Below, in pieces: positions 1 to 10,459 of a stretch of DNA of 64,000 bases. How positions within the stretch are numbered: position 1 is the first letter of the stretch; the number at the start of each line of letters is the position of its first letter. A program made the translations under genes and the position numbers. The DNA comes from Terriglobia bacterium (GTDB lineage: Bacteria; Acidobacteriota; Terriglobia; 20CM-2-55-15): assembly GCA_963664115.2 (NCBI GenBank), contig CAXWPJ010000005.1, positions 192,001-256,000 on the forward strand, written 5' to 3'. The notes beneath the pieces are model-generated. The model did not search any database. It was not told the DNA's origin and saw only the letters and a list, made by a program, of their open reading frames with translations.

Positions 1-135
1 CCCAGGCCAATTCTCCGGGAAGCGTTTTGATCGCCGTGTCGTCCCCACGTTTCCTAACCCGCGCACGCCACAGGGCGCTCTTGCCGCCCTGAGTGAAAGG
101 ATGGTGTCGTGACCGAGTTTGGGGCCCGACGCCAT
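1..135 (-). pseudogene. Degenerate Ser/Thr kinase N-terminal stub, running off the window start
   Basis: The reverse complement reads MASGPKLGHDTILSL, then after a frameshift GGKSALWRARVRKRGDDTAIKTLPGELAW. It matches the 8327 stub and is preceded by the same leader (GCGACACACT..ATG). Confidence 0.7.
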
Positions 136-380
136 CGATCCAGTGTGTCGCTGACTGAAGCCTGAAAATCTGGCTCAATATACCTGCAGGTGGAAGTTAT
201 TCGCAAGAAAAGTCTCGAGTCCTGGCGAACGAATTGTTTTAAGTCGTAAAACGGCCCGAAGACAGCAATCGAGATATCGAGACATCGCGCAAGTGGGTAC
301 GGCAGGGCGCCATTGTTTGGGCGTGTCCTGGAATTCCCCCCACTGTTACCCAGAGCCTGACCCGGAACTCGATGGCAAAT

Positions 381-405
381 AAAAAGGCCGCAGGAATGCG
401 GCCTT
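381..405 (-). terminator. Rho-independent terminator downstream of 490..1347
   Basis: Hairpin AAGGCCGCA-ggaa-TGCGGCCTT followed by a U-tract on the minus strand. Confidence 0.7.
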
Positions 406-423
406 AAGTATCTGTTCTAAAAA

Positions 424-465
424 TCGGGTGGGGCGATTCGAACTCCCCGTCTCGGGCTCCCAAAT
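424..465 (-). other. Possible degenerate 3' half of tRNA-Pro(TGG)
   Basis: Minus strand TTTGGGA...GGGGAGTTCGAATCGCCCCACCCGA has an anticodon-loop-like segment and a T-loop. No D-arm or 5' acceptor strand is visible. Confidence 0.35.
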
Positions 466-489
466 GGGAGTGAGTAATCTCCAGAGATT

Positions 490-1347
490 TTAATTGCCGC
501 TGGTTCCGACATCAATGCCCTGGGCTTCGGGGCCGATCGCGGGTCTCAAAACCTGCTCGATATAGTCGAACGAGTCGGATGGTACGCAGAAGTACTCCCC
601 GATTTCGGTTCCGGGGCTCCGCAGGAGGTTTCCAGCGGTCACCCACGGCTGGGTGAAGGTCTTCGGATCGGTGATCGTCAGTGTCACTTCGATCGTGTTG
701 TAGTCCACACGTCTGTAGCGCTCCTCTGTACGCAACGCATCACTGTGCGTGTATCCGAATCGACGATCCTGTCTATTCTCGGTAAGCCAGGAACGCTCGT
801 CAAAACCGCTGGACTGGACGACGAACGTGTCCCCCTCCCACTGGCCGACCGAGTATCCCATCCACCGTGGATCCGGATCTTCGGGGAGTTCGCGACCATC
901 GGTCCAGATCGTCCGAAAGGTGTGGCCCCACTCAAGGAACTGGACCAGCCTGTCAGGCATCTCGGCGAACTCGAAACCGTAGTTGTACGTGAACATGCGA
1001 GGCCAGCCCATAGGATCACAGATCAGCATGCCGTCTTTCGAATTCGAAAGCGCCTGTCCGCCGGCGGTTTCGTCGGCCCTCGTGGCGTCGTACCTCGCCT
1101 GTCCGTCCGGTGTCATGGGAGGCGCATTGCGGTTGAGTTGAATTCGGTTTTGGCCCCATATCCCCGTCAGGTCACCGGGATTGAATGGCAGGTCCGCCGT
1201 CTCTGAGCGTAACTCCGTTCTATTGTCGTTCGTCTGGCAATTTGGGCAGGTCAACCACCCGGGATACAGATCCTGGGCGGTGGTGACTGCCGGTAAAACG
1301 ATGACGCCTACCAGTACAGCGATCAAACCTATGATGCAGTGTCGCAT
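490..1347 (-). CDS. Conserved exported hypothetical protein, usual partner of DUF6152 genes
   Basis: Signal peptide and motifs DLTGIW, C.P.G.PR, R.IWTDGR.LP, GYSVG.WEGDT, DPKTFT.PW. Confidence 0.75.
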   Translation of the reverse strand: MRHCIIGLIAVLVGVIVLPAVTTAQDLYPGWLTCPNCQTNDNRTELRSETADLPFNPGDLTGIWGQNRIQLNRNAPPMTPDGQARYDATRADETAGGQALSNSKDGMLICDPMGWPRMFTYNYGFEFAEMPDRLVQFLEWGHTFRTIWTDGRELPEDPDPRWMGYSVGQWEGDTFVVQSSGFDERSWLTENRQDRRFGYTHSDALRTEERYRRVDYNTIEVTLTITDPKTFTQPWVTAGNLLRSPGTEIGEYFCVPSDSFDYIEQVLRPAIGPEAQGIDVGTSGN

Positions 1348-1353
1348 TTCCTT

Positions 1354-1405
1354 TACTCCGTGATGCTACTCCGTGATGCTACTCCGTGATGTTACTTCGT
1401 GATGC
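1354..1405. repeat. Four copies of a 13-bp tandem repeat TACTCCGTGATGC
   Basis: Copies start at 1354, 1367, 1380 and 1393; the last two each carry one mismatch. Confidence 0.95.
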
Positions 1406-1430
1406 TAGGGTCCATCACTAACCTTAAATG

Positions 1431-1829
1431 CTAATCCCCTGGCTCCCGATCGACCAGGACGGTGCCATCCGTCAGCACCACCTTGATCAGTTCACCTTGA
1501 GGCGTCCCCGCGGTGGCTGGGATTATCGTGAACGTACCTTCCTGTCCGGCCTGGAAGGTTCTTCTACTCAGCCCCTCGCTCATCATCGAGGTGGTGGAAG
1601 ACATTTCGCCAGTCCACCCCACGACCTTACCCTGGTCGTCGGTGACATCCCAAACGAGGTAAGTATGCGGGTTGCGCCATCTCCATTCCGAAACAACCCC
1701 GTCCATCTCAATGCGCCTGTCGGTATCGTAGATCCCCGCACGGCCATGGTGCGCTGAAGCCAGACCGCCCAAAATGACGACCGACATCAACACAAGCACC
1801 GCCGTGGCCCAAACACGCTGAATTCTCAT
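1431..1829 (-). CDS. DUF6152 family exported protein
   Basis: Signal peptide ending AHH, W.NPH motif, RBS AGGAGG. Confidence 0.8.
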   Translation of the reverse strand: MRIQRVWATAVLVLMSVVILGGLASAHHGRAGIYDTDRRIEMDGVVSEWRWRNPHTYLVWDVTDDQGKVVGWTGEMSSTTSMMSEGLSRRTFQAGQEGTFTIIPATAGTPQGELIKVVLTDGTVLVDREPGD

Positions 1830-2214
1830 TGACGCCTCCTAGCGCACGAATATTTACGATGAAAAACTACAGCCATTCCACACCTAAGTCTAAGCGGTTG
1901 TCAAGTGATTGTCAGCCGGCTGTCGTTGTTTGAATGTGAACCGGCTTTCACAGGCATCGCCGCTCAAACGCGAACAGGACTACCGTCAGTTGAGGGTTGA
2001 GGGATCGCTCCGACCACCACGCTATTGTCTTCTCCGAAAGCTCCCGTAAGCACTTCGGGCACATTGCAGCCTCTGACAAAATGTCGTCCGACCTCAGCCT
2101 TTCCGCCATCCGAGCTTTCCCACGCTATACTCGCGACGGAAAGTCTGATCAGTTAAGCAAGATAAAGCTCCTTCCAGGCCCGACTGTGCTTCGCTACACC
2201 CAGTTCAAGGAGGG

Positions 2215-2634
2215 ATGATGCCAGACGAAATTCGCCATCACGGCATTTGCTACGTAAAGAACCCTGGCGACAAGTACAAGTACAAGCTCACCGAGGACTA
2301 TTCCCACTCAACCGGGATTACAGGTGGGGACGGCGGCAACGTGTACCTGAAAATTGACCTCGCGGGTGATCTTGAAATCCGCGCTTCCTACGCCTGGGAC
2401 GGTCCGAGCGGCCCTTCGATCGACACCCGGAGCTTCATGCGTGGCTCGCTCGTTCACGACGCTCTCTACCAGCTCATGCGCCTTCGAGTTCTCGATCACA
2501 AGCGCGACAGGAAGGCTGCAGACAAGATCCTTCGCGGGATCTGCAAGGCCGATGGCATGAACCGCTTCCGCCGGTGGTACGTCTACTGGGTCCTGCGCGC
2601 ATTCGGGGCAGGGTCTGCGCGACCACCCGACTAA
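2215..2634 (+). CDS. DUF1353-like protein
   Basis: Motifs WDGPS, SLVHDALYQ and R..AD; RBS AAGGAGG. Confidence 0.7.
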   Translation: MMPDEIRHHGICYVKNPGDKYKYKLTEDYSHSTGITGGDGGNVYLKIDLAGDLEIRASYAWDGPSGPSIDTRSFMRGSLVHDALYQLMRLRVLDHKRDRKAADKILRGICKADGMNRFRRWYVYWVLRAFGAGSARPPD

Positions 2635-2802
2635 GCATTGCAGTGACCCCGTGCGCAGTGATGCCACCCCGGGCTGTCCTCAAGTGAGACTCTGCTTGTT
2701 TAAAAATCCTAGCTATATTTGAATAGGCAGGACGTCCATATTTCGAGAGTAAGTAATTTGAGTCCCGTTTTCTTCGGGCATACCCGACGATATGAGCAGG
2801 AG

Positions 2803-3189
2803 ATGAAGATGCGATTAAAGATCAGATTGTCCTTCATTATCGCCCTTGCGCTCGTGGCTCTGACCTCGTGCGCGGAGACAGTGGAGACGGAGTCACCCGA
2901 TGGCGCCGACCCTCGGGCCCAACGAGAAGCGATCGGTACCTGGCTCGAAGACGGTCCCGCCGGTAGCAGGATCACGATATATTGGGAAGACGGCCTCGTA
3001 TTTATGGAAGTCACGGACGGGGACGGCAGTTCCGAAACGGCCGAAATGATCGAAACCTCATTACCGCGTAACACACGATTCGACTACGAGGACGAACGTG
3101 GCGGTGGTTACTATCTGATCGCCACGAACGGAGATTTGAGAGGCTGGACTCCCGATGGCCCCTTCCTTACTGCACGACCCATAGAGTGA
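2803..3189 (+). CDS. Hypothetical lipoprotein
   Basis: AGGAG before ATG 2803; lipobox LTSC. Confidence 0.65.
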   Translation: MKMRLKIRLSFIIALALVALTSCAETVETESPDGADPRAQREAIGTWLEDGPAGSRITIYWEDGLVFMEVTDGDGSSETAEMIETSLPRNTRFDYEDERGGGYYLIATNGDLRGWTPDGPFLTARPIE

Positions 3190-3199
3190 ACACCATGAG

Positions 3200-3314
3200 C
3201 TGGGAAACGGATGGTGGTCGATTCATATTGACCGGACTGACTGGACTCACAGGCCGCTCGGCGCCAGCCGGGAGATAGCGCCGCGTTCGCCTGATCGAAC
3301 TCGTCGGGGAACAA
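3200..3314 (-). pseudogene. PD40/TolB-repeat fragment of the kinase family
   Basis: EFDQANAALSPGWRRAACESSQSGQYESTTIRFP resembles the recalled kinase-TolB segment FNE.NA.LSPDGRWLAY.S.ESG.YEVYVRPFP. Confidence 0.6.
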
Positions 3315-3317
3315 GCA

Positions 3318-4763
3318 TTAGAGATAGTTGATAAAAGCCACCTTGTGTTCGGTAAAAAATTCGATACCGGTTTTGCCCGACTCGGGGATCCCGTGACCCG
3401 ACGACTTCACCCCGCCAAAGGACAACTGCGGCTCGCGATAGGCCGTCATCATGTTCACGTGCGTCAAGCCCACCTCGCTCTGGTCCAGAAACTGAAACGC
3501 GCGCGATATATCTCTGGTGAAAATCGATGACGTCAGCCCAAACTCCACCTGGTTGGCTATCTCCAGTGCTTCATCAAAATTCCGCGCCGCCATCACGCTC
3601 AACACCGGCCCGAAGATCTCCTCCTGTGCGATCCGCATCTCCGATTTGACTCCGGCGAAAACCGTCGGCGCGACAAAACACCCCCGGTCCAGGCCACTGT
3701 CGGTCAGCCGCTGTCCCCCCTCGACCAGCTCGGCCCCCTCGCCCTGCCCGATGTCGATATAGCCCATAATCGTCTCCAGTTGGTCCGAACCGCACACCGG
3801 CCCCATATCGACATCCCCGCGACCGTCACCCACCCGGATCGCCCGCACCCGCTCCAGCACCTTTTTGGTAAAGACCTCCGCCACCTCCTCGATCACGATC
3901 GCCCGGCTCGTCGACGTGCACCACTGCCCGGCGCAGGCATAGGCCGCTGTGACCACTGCATCCGCCGCCTTGTCGAGGTCGGCGTCTTCTAATATCACCG
4001 CCGGATTTTTGCCGCCCATCTCCAGCTGGGTGCGGATCAGCGTCTGGGCCACGCTCTGCTGTATCCCCTTGCCGACTCCCGTCGATCCCGTAAAGGACAC
4101 CGACTGCACCAGCGGATGGGTGATCATCTCGTCCCCGACCGTACTGCCCCCGCCGCAGACGAAATTCAGCACCCCTGGCGGCAGGCCGGCTTCGACAAAT
4201 ACATCGACAAAGGCTTTGCCCGCGCCTGGTGTCAGGCTGGCGGGCTTAAAGACGATGGTATTGCCGCTGATCAGCGCGGGTGTGCACTTGCGGCCCGGCA
4301 CGTTAAACGGAAAATTCCACGGGCTGATAATCGACGCCACCCCCAAGGGCCGCCGCAGGCTATAGGCGAAGACCCCCTTCTGCGCCGAGGGCACGGTCTC
4401 GCCGCACATCGTCACTCCCTGAGCGATCTGATACTCCATCTCGCGCACCGCCGACCGCACCTCGGTCAGCGCCTCGGCCAGGGACTTGCCATTTTCCGCC
4501 GTCAGCGTCGCCGCGATTGCCTCCGTCCTGCCCTTCAGCACCGCCACCGCCCGCGACAGATACTCCGCCCTCTGGAAAACACCGATCCCGGCCCATTCGG
4601 GGAAAGCCGCGTGCGCAGACTCGATCGCCTTCCTGGCGTCATCGCGGGTGCCCTTGGGCCAGATTCCGGTCACCTGTCCGAGGTCGGCCGGATTGCGCTG
4701 CTCGAAGGTCTGCCCATCCGCTGCGGGGACCCAGGCGCCGTCGATGTAGTTCTGCTGTTCCAT
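3318..4763 (-). CDS. NAD(P)-dependent aldehyde dehydrogenase (alpha-KGSA dehydrogenase-like)
   Basis: Motifs PWNFP, FTGS, LEMGGKNP, GQWCT, EEIFGP and FGG.K.SG. Confidence 0.93.
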   Translation of the reverse strand: MEQQNYIDGAWVPAADGQTFEQRNPADLGQVTGIWPKGTRDDARKAIESAHAAFPEWAGIGVFQRAEYLSRAVAVLKGRTEAIAATLTAENGKSLAEALTEVRSAVREMEYQIAQGVTMCGETVPSAQKGVFAYSLRRPLGVASIISPWNFPFNVPGRKCTPALISGNTIVFKPASLTPGAGKAFVDVFVEAGLPPGVLNFVCGGGSTVGDEMITHPLVQSVSFTGSTGVGKGIQQSVAQTLIRTQLEMGGKNPAVILEDADLDKAADAVVTAAYACAGQWCTSTSRAIVIEEVAEVFTKKVLERVRAIRVGDGRGDVDMGPVCGSDQLETIMGYIDIGQGEGAELVEGGQRLTDSGLDRGCFVAPTVFAGVKSEMRIAQEEIFGPVLSVMAARNFDEALEIANQVEFGLTSSIFTRDISRAFQFLDQSEVGLTHVNMMTAYREPQLSFGGVKSSGHGIPESGKTGIEFFTEHKVAFINYL

Positions 4764-4809
4764 CGTGTTGCTCTCCAGTGTTGTTTTCGGTCCTAGGGCG
4801 AACCCTTGA

Positions 4810-4962
4810 CGCGGTCGCGCTCGATAGAGCGGCGGGTCACGTCGACGTCCCGACGCAGCTGCTGGGTCCCTCCTTTGCCCCTCCTTTGCCGCGGAGGACG
4901 AGCCCTACTTTGCCAGGGAGGACGAGGACTTCGTAGTGGCCGACTCTGGAGCCGGTTTCCAT
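4810..4962 (-). pseudogene. Degenerate Ser/Thr kinase N-terminal stub
   Basis: METGSRVGHYEVLVL...GKGG followed by QLRRDVDV after a frameshift; the upstream leader is homologous to 8260-8326. Confidence 0.75.
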
Positions 4963-5258
4963 CGTTATAGCGGGTTCCTAACTGAACCGTGAAATTCTGG
5001 CAAGATATAACGACAGGTGGGATTTCGGGTCACTGAAACTCTAATTCGATTGCGTCCTTAGGGTGTGTGTGGCCAAACTTCAACTTCCGACACGATGGGT
5101 GATCTCAGTTTCCATCGGAAGCCGACTTCTGGGTCCCTGGATGCTTTTGACCATTTTGAACGCCAGGCGACGACTCGTTACCGGTCTGGTGCTGACATCC
5201 GTTGGTTGCGGCTTACCTGATGTCTTTCAGCGATCAGTGGCTGCGATAGCGGACACAC

Positions 5259-5642
5259 CTACTGGCTGCCGTAGAGGAGCAGTTCTCTCCCGTCGGGCGT
5301 CATGACTCTTTCCAACCTCAGAATCATGGACCCATCCGTGAAGCGAAATCCGATGCCCGTGATGACGTCTCCTGCCTTCAAGGTATCCCTGTCCCAGCCG
5401 TTCGCCGCCATCCGATTAATACTGGGACCTCCGACTTGCCAGCCCTCGACCCTGCCGTCGTCGGACTGTACGTCGAGCCCGATCATCACGTGCGGATTGC
5501 CCCACGCGTAGGCCGTCACTGTCCCCTGCACCGTGACTTCTGTCGAACGATTGACCGGCCATCGGTGATGCGCAAACAATGGGCTGGCGGCCACGAGGAT
5601 CCCGATCGCTCCAAGTGCGAACACTCCCATCTTGTTCATCAT
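5259..5642 (-). CDS. DUF6152 family exported protein
   Basis: Signal peptide ending AHH; motifs WGNPH and LK.GD.IT. Confidence 0.8.
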   Translation of the reverse strand: MMNKMGVFALGAIGILVAASPLFAHHRWPVNRSTEVTVQGTVTAYAWGNPHVMIGLDVQSDDGRVEGWQVGGPSINRMAANGWDRDTLKAGDVITGIGFRFTDGSMILRLERVMTPDGRELLLYGSQ

Positions 5643-5770
5643 GTCCAACCTCCAGACCCGATTATACTGGATCGCCTGCGGGGCCGCACCGAGCATCGGG
5701 AGACCCGTCCAGGTTTAACTCGACGACCACTCCCGATAAACGTCGCAGCGTTGATCCGTTCTTCCAGACT

Positions 5771-6400
5771 CTATGTGTGGCAACGGGAAGTCATCCACTC
5801 ACGAATCTCTGGTAGTTCTCGTTCGACATCAATCGTATGTGTCTTCGTGAATTCCCGGTAATCCACGCTGAAACCCCCGGCATTGAGTTGCTGGATCTGT
5901 GCCCTCGTTCTCTCGACGGGTAGTATCTCATCTTCAATTCCGTGCGTTATGAGCCAGTCTCCTTGATTTACTTCAGGGTTGAGTTCTCGCAGCAGAGCTT
6001 CAGGATCGTAGGCGTAACCACTGATTCCGATATATTCCCCCAGTCGACGGGTGTGCCGCGCTCCAAATTCGAGAGTCATGAGACAGCCTTGCGAAAATCC
6101 AAACAGGAATGTTTGCTCGGGTGCATAGCCGTTGCGTTCGGTCTCCGACAGCACCTCGCCGAGCAGAGTTTGGGATTCAATAATCCCGGGTAGTTGATCC
6201 GGTGGCAGGTCGTACCAGCTATAGCCTATCCCGTAGGGAGTGGGTGCGGTGAGCAGGAGAAAATCTAGAGAGTCGATGGTCAGTGCCTTCTGCAACCAGA
6301 GAAAGCCTTCTGCCAAATCACCACGTCCATGGAGAACTATCACGAGTTGATTCGAGGGCAGGCGTGCCGGTTGCCATACGTGTCTGAGCGGTAGATCCAT
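5771..6400 (-). CDS. Phospholipase/carboxylesterase (alpha/beta hydrolase)
   Basis: LHGRG, nucleophile elbow GFSQG, HG.ED and a catalytic His. Confidence 0.88.
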   Translation of the reverse strand: MDLPLRHVWQPARLPSNQLVIVLHGRGDLAEGFLWLQKALTIDSLDFLLLTAPTPYGIGYSWYDLPPDQLPGIIESQTLLGEVLSETERNGYAPEQTFLFGFSQGCLMTLEFGARHTRRLGEYIGISGYAYDPEALLRELNPEVNQGDWLITHGIEDEILPVERTRAQIQQLNAGGFSVDYREFTKTHTIDVERELPEIREWMTSRCHT

Positions 6401-6558
6401 TAAATTAACGGAGGTATCCGGTCTCCATAGGGTGGACGTTCAGGCTTTCTACACGAGCGATTAAAGTCTATAGCTTCCGGAATTTCTGCGTCTTGGAAAA
6501 GTGCCGGATGTCTCGCTTCCGATTACGATCGAGTTATGGACTAAAATTGTCAGCTCTT

Positions 6559-7053
6559 ATGGGTTTCGAGATAGTTCTGTGGTTTTTGGCTTTCGTGTTG
6601 ACGGTTGCGGGCTTTGCGGGCCTGGTGCTGCCGTTGCTGCCTGGTGCCGTCCTTCTCTTTGCCGGCCTGTTTGCCGCGGCATGGGCTGAGAATTTTGCAT
6701 ACGTCGGGTGGGGCACCTTGATCTTGCTCGGTCTGCTGGCAATGTCCACTTACCTTCTGGACTTTGCGGCGACCGCCCTCGGAACGGACCAGTTCGGCGG
6801 TTCTAAAAGAGCTATCGCTGGGGCGTCAATCGGTGCTGTCGTGGGCCTCTTCTTCGGCATTCTTGGCATACTCTTGGGGCCGTTCGTCGGTGCCGTCATT
6901 GGTGAATTAACTGCACAGCGCGATCCACTGGCGGCAGGCCGTGCGGGCGTAGGGGCGGCTCTCGGCCTTGTGGCCGGTGCCGTGGCGAAGCTCGCTGTCG
7001 CCGTTTCAATGGTGGGGATTTTTGTTCTGGTTCGGTTCCTGGGAGGAAACTGA
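6559..7053 (+). CDS. DUF456 family membrane protein
   Basis: G..LP.LPG, GGS..A..GA..G and GPF.GA..GE. Confidence 0.85.
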   Translation: MGFEIVLWFLAFVLTVAGFAGLVLPLLPGAVLLFAGLFAAAWAENFAYVGWGTLILLGLLAMSTYLLDFAATALGTDQFGGSKRAIAGASIGAVVGLFFGILGILLGPFVGAVIGELTAQRDPLAAGRAGVGAALGLVAGAVAKLAVAVSMVGIFVLVRFLGGN

Positions 7054-8210
7054 CTGAATCGAAACACCTCAGAAACTGCCATATTCCGAAACACCACCGA
7101 GAGAAGAGGACAGGCTTCTGACTGCCCCGATCTATTTGGAGCCGTCCAATTCTTTAGGGGTTTGGCTCAATATATGAGACGGCATTGATTATCTCTGGCA
7201 AGGTCTCCCCCGTGGGGCAAGCGCCGCCATCCTCGTGGGGTTTCAAGCGGCCCACAGCCTTAGACGGAAGTTCATTTGTAGACGCTAATCAGTACACATT
7301 CCTGCAATGTTCTGCCCTTTGTGTCAGTCAGCATATCGTGATGGCTTTACAGCGTGCAGCGACTGCGAAGTGGGCCTCCTCGATTCGTTCAAGGACCTAG
7401 AGTTCTCCTCAGTAAGACCTTGGAAGGGAGAGCGACAAACTGTGTTCAACTTGATGCTCAGGGGATTCCGTCACACCTGAAAGAAATTCCAAATCTTGAA
7501 CCGAGAGAAGGGCGTTGGTGGATAGGGTGGCTTCCGATCTCTCCTAAGCTCGAATACGAAGTGTGGGTGCTCCGTTCCGATCTATGGGTGGTCGATTCCT
7601 CCTGTCGAAAGCGCCACGTCACCCTCAGGTGTGAATTCTCGCTCACAATCGGGCGAATGCCCCGCGCTACAACGACACAGCGCAAAACTTTTACGCATCA
7701 CAAGAATCGAAACCGGCAGCATACAAGACGAGACTCTCCTGGTTCTGCTGGCAAGTTTGCAGCGACTTTTGAAACCCGAGGACAGAACCTTAAAAGTCAA
7801 AAATTGAACTGCGGTAGGCGGCTTTGGCATTTCGAAAGCAATTTCTCATCTATCAAAACTTCATCGCCATTCCTGAAACGTATTTGCGAATCCGACTCAC
7901 TCAAATCAGACGTTTCGAAACTTAAATCAGCATGCCTCAAGGTTGCTCCCAGATCTTGAAAGGTGGCAACACCATTCTGAAACCGTAAAGCGTTCCCGAA
8001 ATACAACAAACCATCCGCTCACAAGCGGAAGATAAGATTTTTCACCCAGCTTCGAAGCATGAGTATCTCAATGAGACAACGGGAGGTCTAAGATGATCAT
8101 CTGGGCCCTGAAGAGCACCTTGATCGTGGTCGAATCCCTTTAAAATATACATTGCAAAAGGATTCTAGAAGCCACCAGGTGGTTAGAACGTGACTTGCGA
8201 GGCCGACTAA

Positions 8211-8249
8211 TTCTCACTGTCCGACAAGGTCGTTTCTCAGGACCTGACC
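8211..8249. repeat. Upstream inverted repeat of a kinase-shell unit
   Basis: Its reverse complement matches 10421-10459 at 30/39 positions without gaps. Confidence 0.85.
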
Positions 8250-8255
8250 TTCTGA

Positions 8256-8284
8256 TTGCTTACAACTCCCACCTCTAGTATCGT
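8256..8284 (+). promoter_or_regulatory. Sigma70-like promoter conserved across units
   Basis: TTGCTT-17-TATCGT; homologous positions at 19306-19334 (TAGCGC-17-TATCTT) and 22559-22587 (TTGCGT-17-TATCTT). Confidence 0.6.
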
Positions 8285-8326
8285 TTGCCGAGTTTTTCAC
8301 GGTTCGTTTCGACGCACACTAAAACG

Positions 8327-8482
8327 ATGGAATCAACCACACAACTCGGCCACTACGAGATCTCAACGCTCTTGGGTAAGGGTGGAATGGGAGAAGTTTG
8401 GCGTACGAGAGATACGAAGCTGGGACGTGAAGTTGCCATCAAGACGGTGTCTGAAGAGTTTGCGAGAGACGCCGACCGATGA
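8327..8482 (+). pseudogene. Ser/Thr kinase N-terminal stub (subdomains I-II, 51 aa)
   Basis: [51 protein letters not shown]; the stop overlaps the next ATG (ATGA). Confidence 0.9.
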
Positions 8483-10179
8483 AGCTTTTCAACAGCCAAT
8501 TCTCGCATGTCTTCAGCAAAGGCGAGATGCGCCGGAACCTCTTGACCTTACTCCGCTACCTCGCCTTTCTCTTCGCTATCGTTCTTACCTACGCCCTGAT
8601 CTTTCAGCTGATTATGATTGGCGTGGAGGACCAGTCACACTCCTGGATGACGGGCATCTACTGGACGCTCGTCACCATGACGACCCTCGGATTTGGTGAC
8701 ATTACATTCGCCACTGATATTGGCCGCCTTTTCAGCGTCTTCGTCTTACTGTCAGGCGTCGTCCTGCTCCTCGTTGTACTCCCCTTCACCTTCATCCGCT
8801 TCTTCTATGCGCCATGGCTCGAAGCCCAGGTGAGACTCAGAGCACCGAGGCGGCTTCGACCTTCGGTAAGAGAGCACGTGATCATCAGTCGTCACGACGA
8901 AATCGCCGCCGGTTTGATTGAGCGGCTGCGCCCCGAGGCGATTCCGTACTGCGTGATCGAGCCGGATCCAACCGTTGCGGCGCAGATGCTCAGCCAGGGT
9001 ATCTCCGTCGTCACGGGCGACATCGACAACCGGCTAACCTACGAAGGGGTCAATGTTCAGCAGGCCCGGCTGGTGCTTGCTAACCGAGAGGACACGACCA
9101 ACACGAACCTCACCCTAACTGTACGTGAGGTCACCACGGATGTCCCGGTCGTCGCGTTCGTCGAGAATCAGGACTCAATCGACATTTTGGAGCTCAGTGG
9201 TGCCACGCATGTGCTTGCTCTGAAACAGCGTCTGGGTGAATACCTCGCCAATCGCATCAGTGGCGGACAGGGCCACGCGGACGTAATCGGGGAGTTCAAG
9301 GGACTGCAGATCGCCGAGTTCCCAGCGCACAATACCCAGCTCGCCGGACGGAACGTGCGCGAGACGCGAATGCGAGAGACGATGGGCTTGAACATCGTCG
9401 GCGTCTGGCAGCGCGGCCGGCTACGACCGGCGTTTCCCGATACCCAGATCGTCGATCAGAGTGTCGTCGTCGTGGTCGGCGTGCCGGAGCAGATCGGCGA
9501 GTTGAATGGCCTCCTCCACCGCCCCGATGTGCGCGATGAGCCAGTTTTGGTCATTGGCGGTGGCAAGGTGGGACGCGCTGCGACGCGTGCCCTCAAGCGG
9601 AAAGGTGTTCCCGTGCACGTGCTCGAACGCGACGATCGGGCACACGACAAACTCGCGGGCATCTGCGATCAGCATTTCGTGGGTGACGCTGCTGATCGGG
9701 AGGCCCTGATGAGGGCGGGCCTGCAGAACGCTCCCTCAGTGCTGCTGACCACGAATGATGACGCCATGAACGTGTACCTAGCCGTGTACTGCAGGCGACT
9801 CAAGCCAGATCTACGGATCGTCAGCCGGATTACGCACGAGAGAAACCTCGAAGCGATCCATCGGGCGGGCGCAGATTTCGTGTTGAGCTACTCGACGCTG
9901 GGAGTGGAAGCTGTCTTTTCGGTGCTGCAAGGCCATGAGCTCGTCATCTTGGGGGAAGGTGTCGACCTATTTACGGTGGACCTCCCCCCTTCTCTGCAGG
10001 GCAAGATGCTTGCGGAAACTGGCATCGGCTCGCGAACTGGGCTGAGCGTGGTCGCGGTTGGCCAGAATGCGCAGCTGGTGACGAAGCTTCACTCTTCGAT
10101 GCGACTGGAGCCGGGCGCAAAGTTGATCATGCTGGGGAGCGTCAAGCAGCGGCAGGCGTTTGCCGACGCGTTTGGGTAG
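8479..10179 (+). CDS. Potassium channel protein with tandem RCK (TrkA-N/C) domains
   Basis: Two TM helices, filter [15 protein letters not shown], and two TrkA-N/TrkA-C pairs. Confidence 0.9.
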   Translation: MKLFNSQFSHVFSKGEMRRNLLTLLRYLAFLFAIVLTYALIFQLIMIGVEDQSHSWMTGIYWTLVTMTTLGFGDITFATDIGRLFSVFVLLSGVVLLLVVLPFTFIRFFYAPWLEAQVRLRAPRRLRPSVREHVIISRHDEIAAGLIERLRPEAIPYCVIEPDPTVAAQMLSQGISVVTGDIDNRLTYEGVNVQQARLVLANREDTTNTNLTLTVREVTTDVPVVAFVENQDSIDILELSGATHVLALKQRLGEYLANRISGGQGHADVIGEFKGLQIAEFPAHNTQLAGRNVRETRMRETMGLNIVGVWQRGRLRPAFPDTQIVDQSVVVVVGVPEQIGELNGLLHRPDVRDEPVLVIGGGKVGRAATRALKRKGVPVHVLERDDRAHDKLAGICDQHFVGDAADREALMRAGLQNAPSVLLTTNDDAMNVYLAVYCRRLKPDLRIVSRITHERNLEAIHRAGADFVLSYSTLGVEAVFSVLQGHELVILGEGVDLFTVDLPPSLQGKMLAETGIGSRTGLSVVAVGQNAQLVTKLHSSMRLEPGAKLIMLGSVKQRQAFADAFG

Positions 10180-10380
10180 GCCCGCGGTTTCTCGGCCAAG
10201 GTATCTGCTAACCGATCCAAAATCTCCCGCAGCCACCTTCAGTTCGGGTGGCGGAAGGGGTCATCTGCGCTTCTCCCGAGTGTACCGGCACGATCGACAA
10301 CCGCGATCGTAACGACAACCAGCACACCGTTACGCCTGCAAGATTCGATCACACTGTCAACAACGGCCATCGCCTGCGCC

Positions 10381-10413
10381 ACCGAACTGAAGGAACGCGT
10401 GCCGGTTCCCTGA
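10381..10413 (+). pseudogene. Kinase C-terminal stub
   Basis: Reads TELKERVPVP*. Confidence 0.8.
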
Positions 10414-10420
10414 TTTGCGA

Positions 10421-10459
10421 GGTCAAGTCCTGATAAATCATCTTCGCGGACGTTGAGAA
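10421..10459. repeat. Downstream inverted repeat of a kinase-shell unit
   Basis: GGTCAAGTCCTGATAAATCATCTTCGCGGACGTTGAGAA, with homologs at 12532, 19201 and 22467. Confidence 0.85.

Noticed and set aside
1354-1405. CRISPR array
   Set aside because: Contiguous 13-bp units with no spacers; no cas genes in the window.
7354-7959. 201-aa ORF
   Set aside because: No recognisable motif or RBS and atypical composition.
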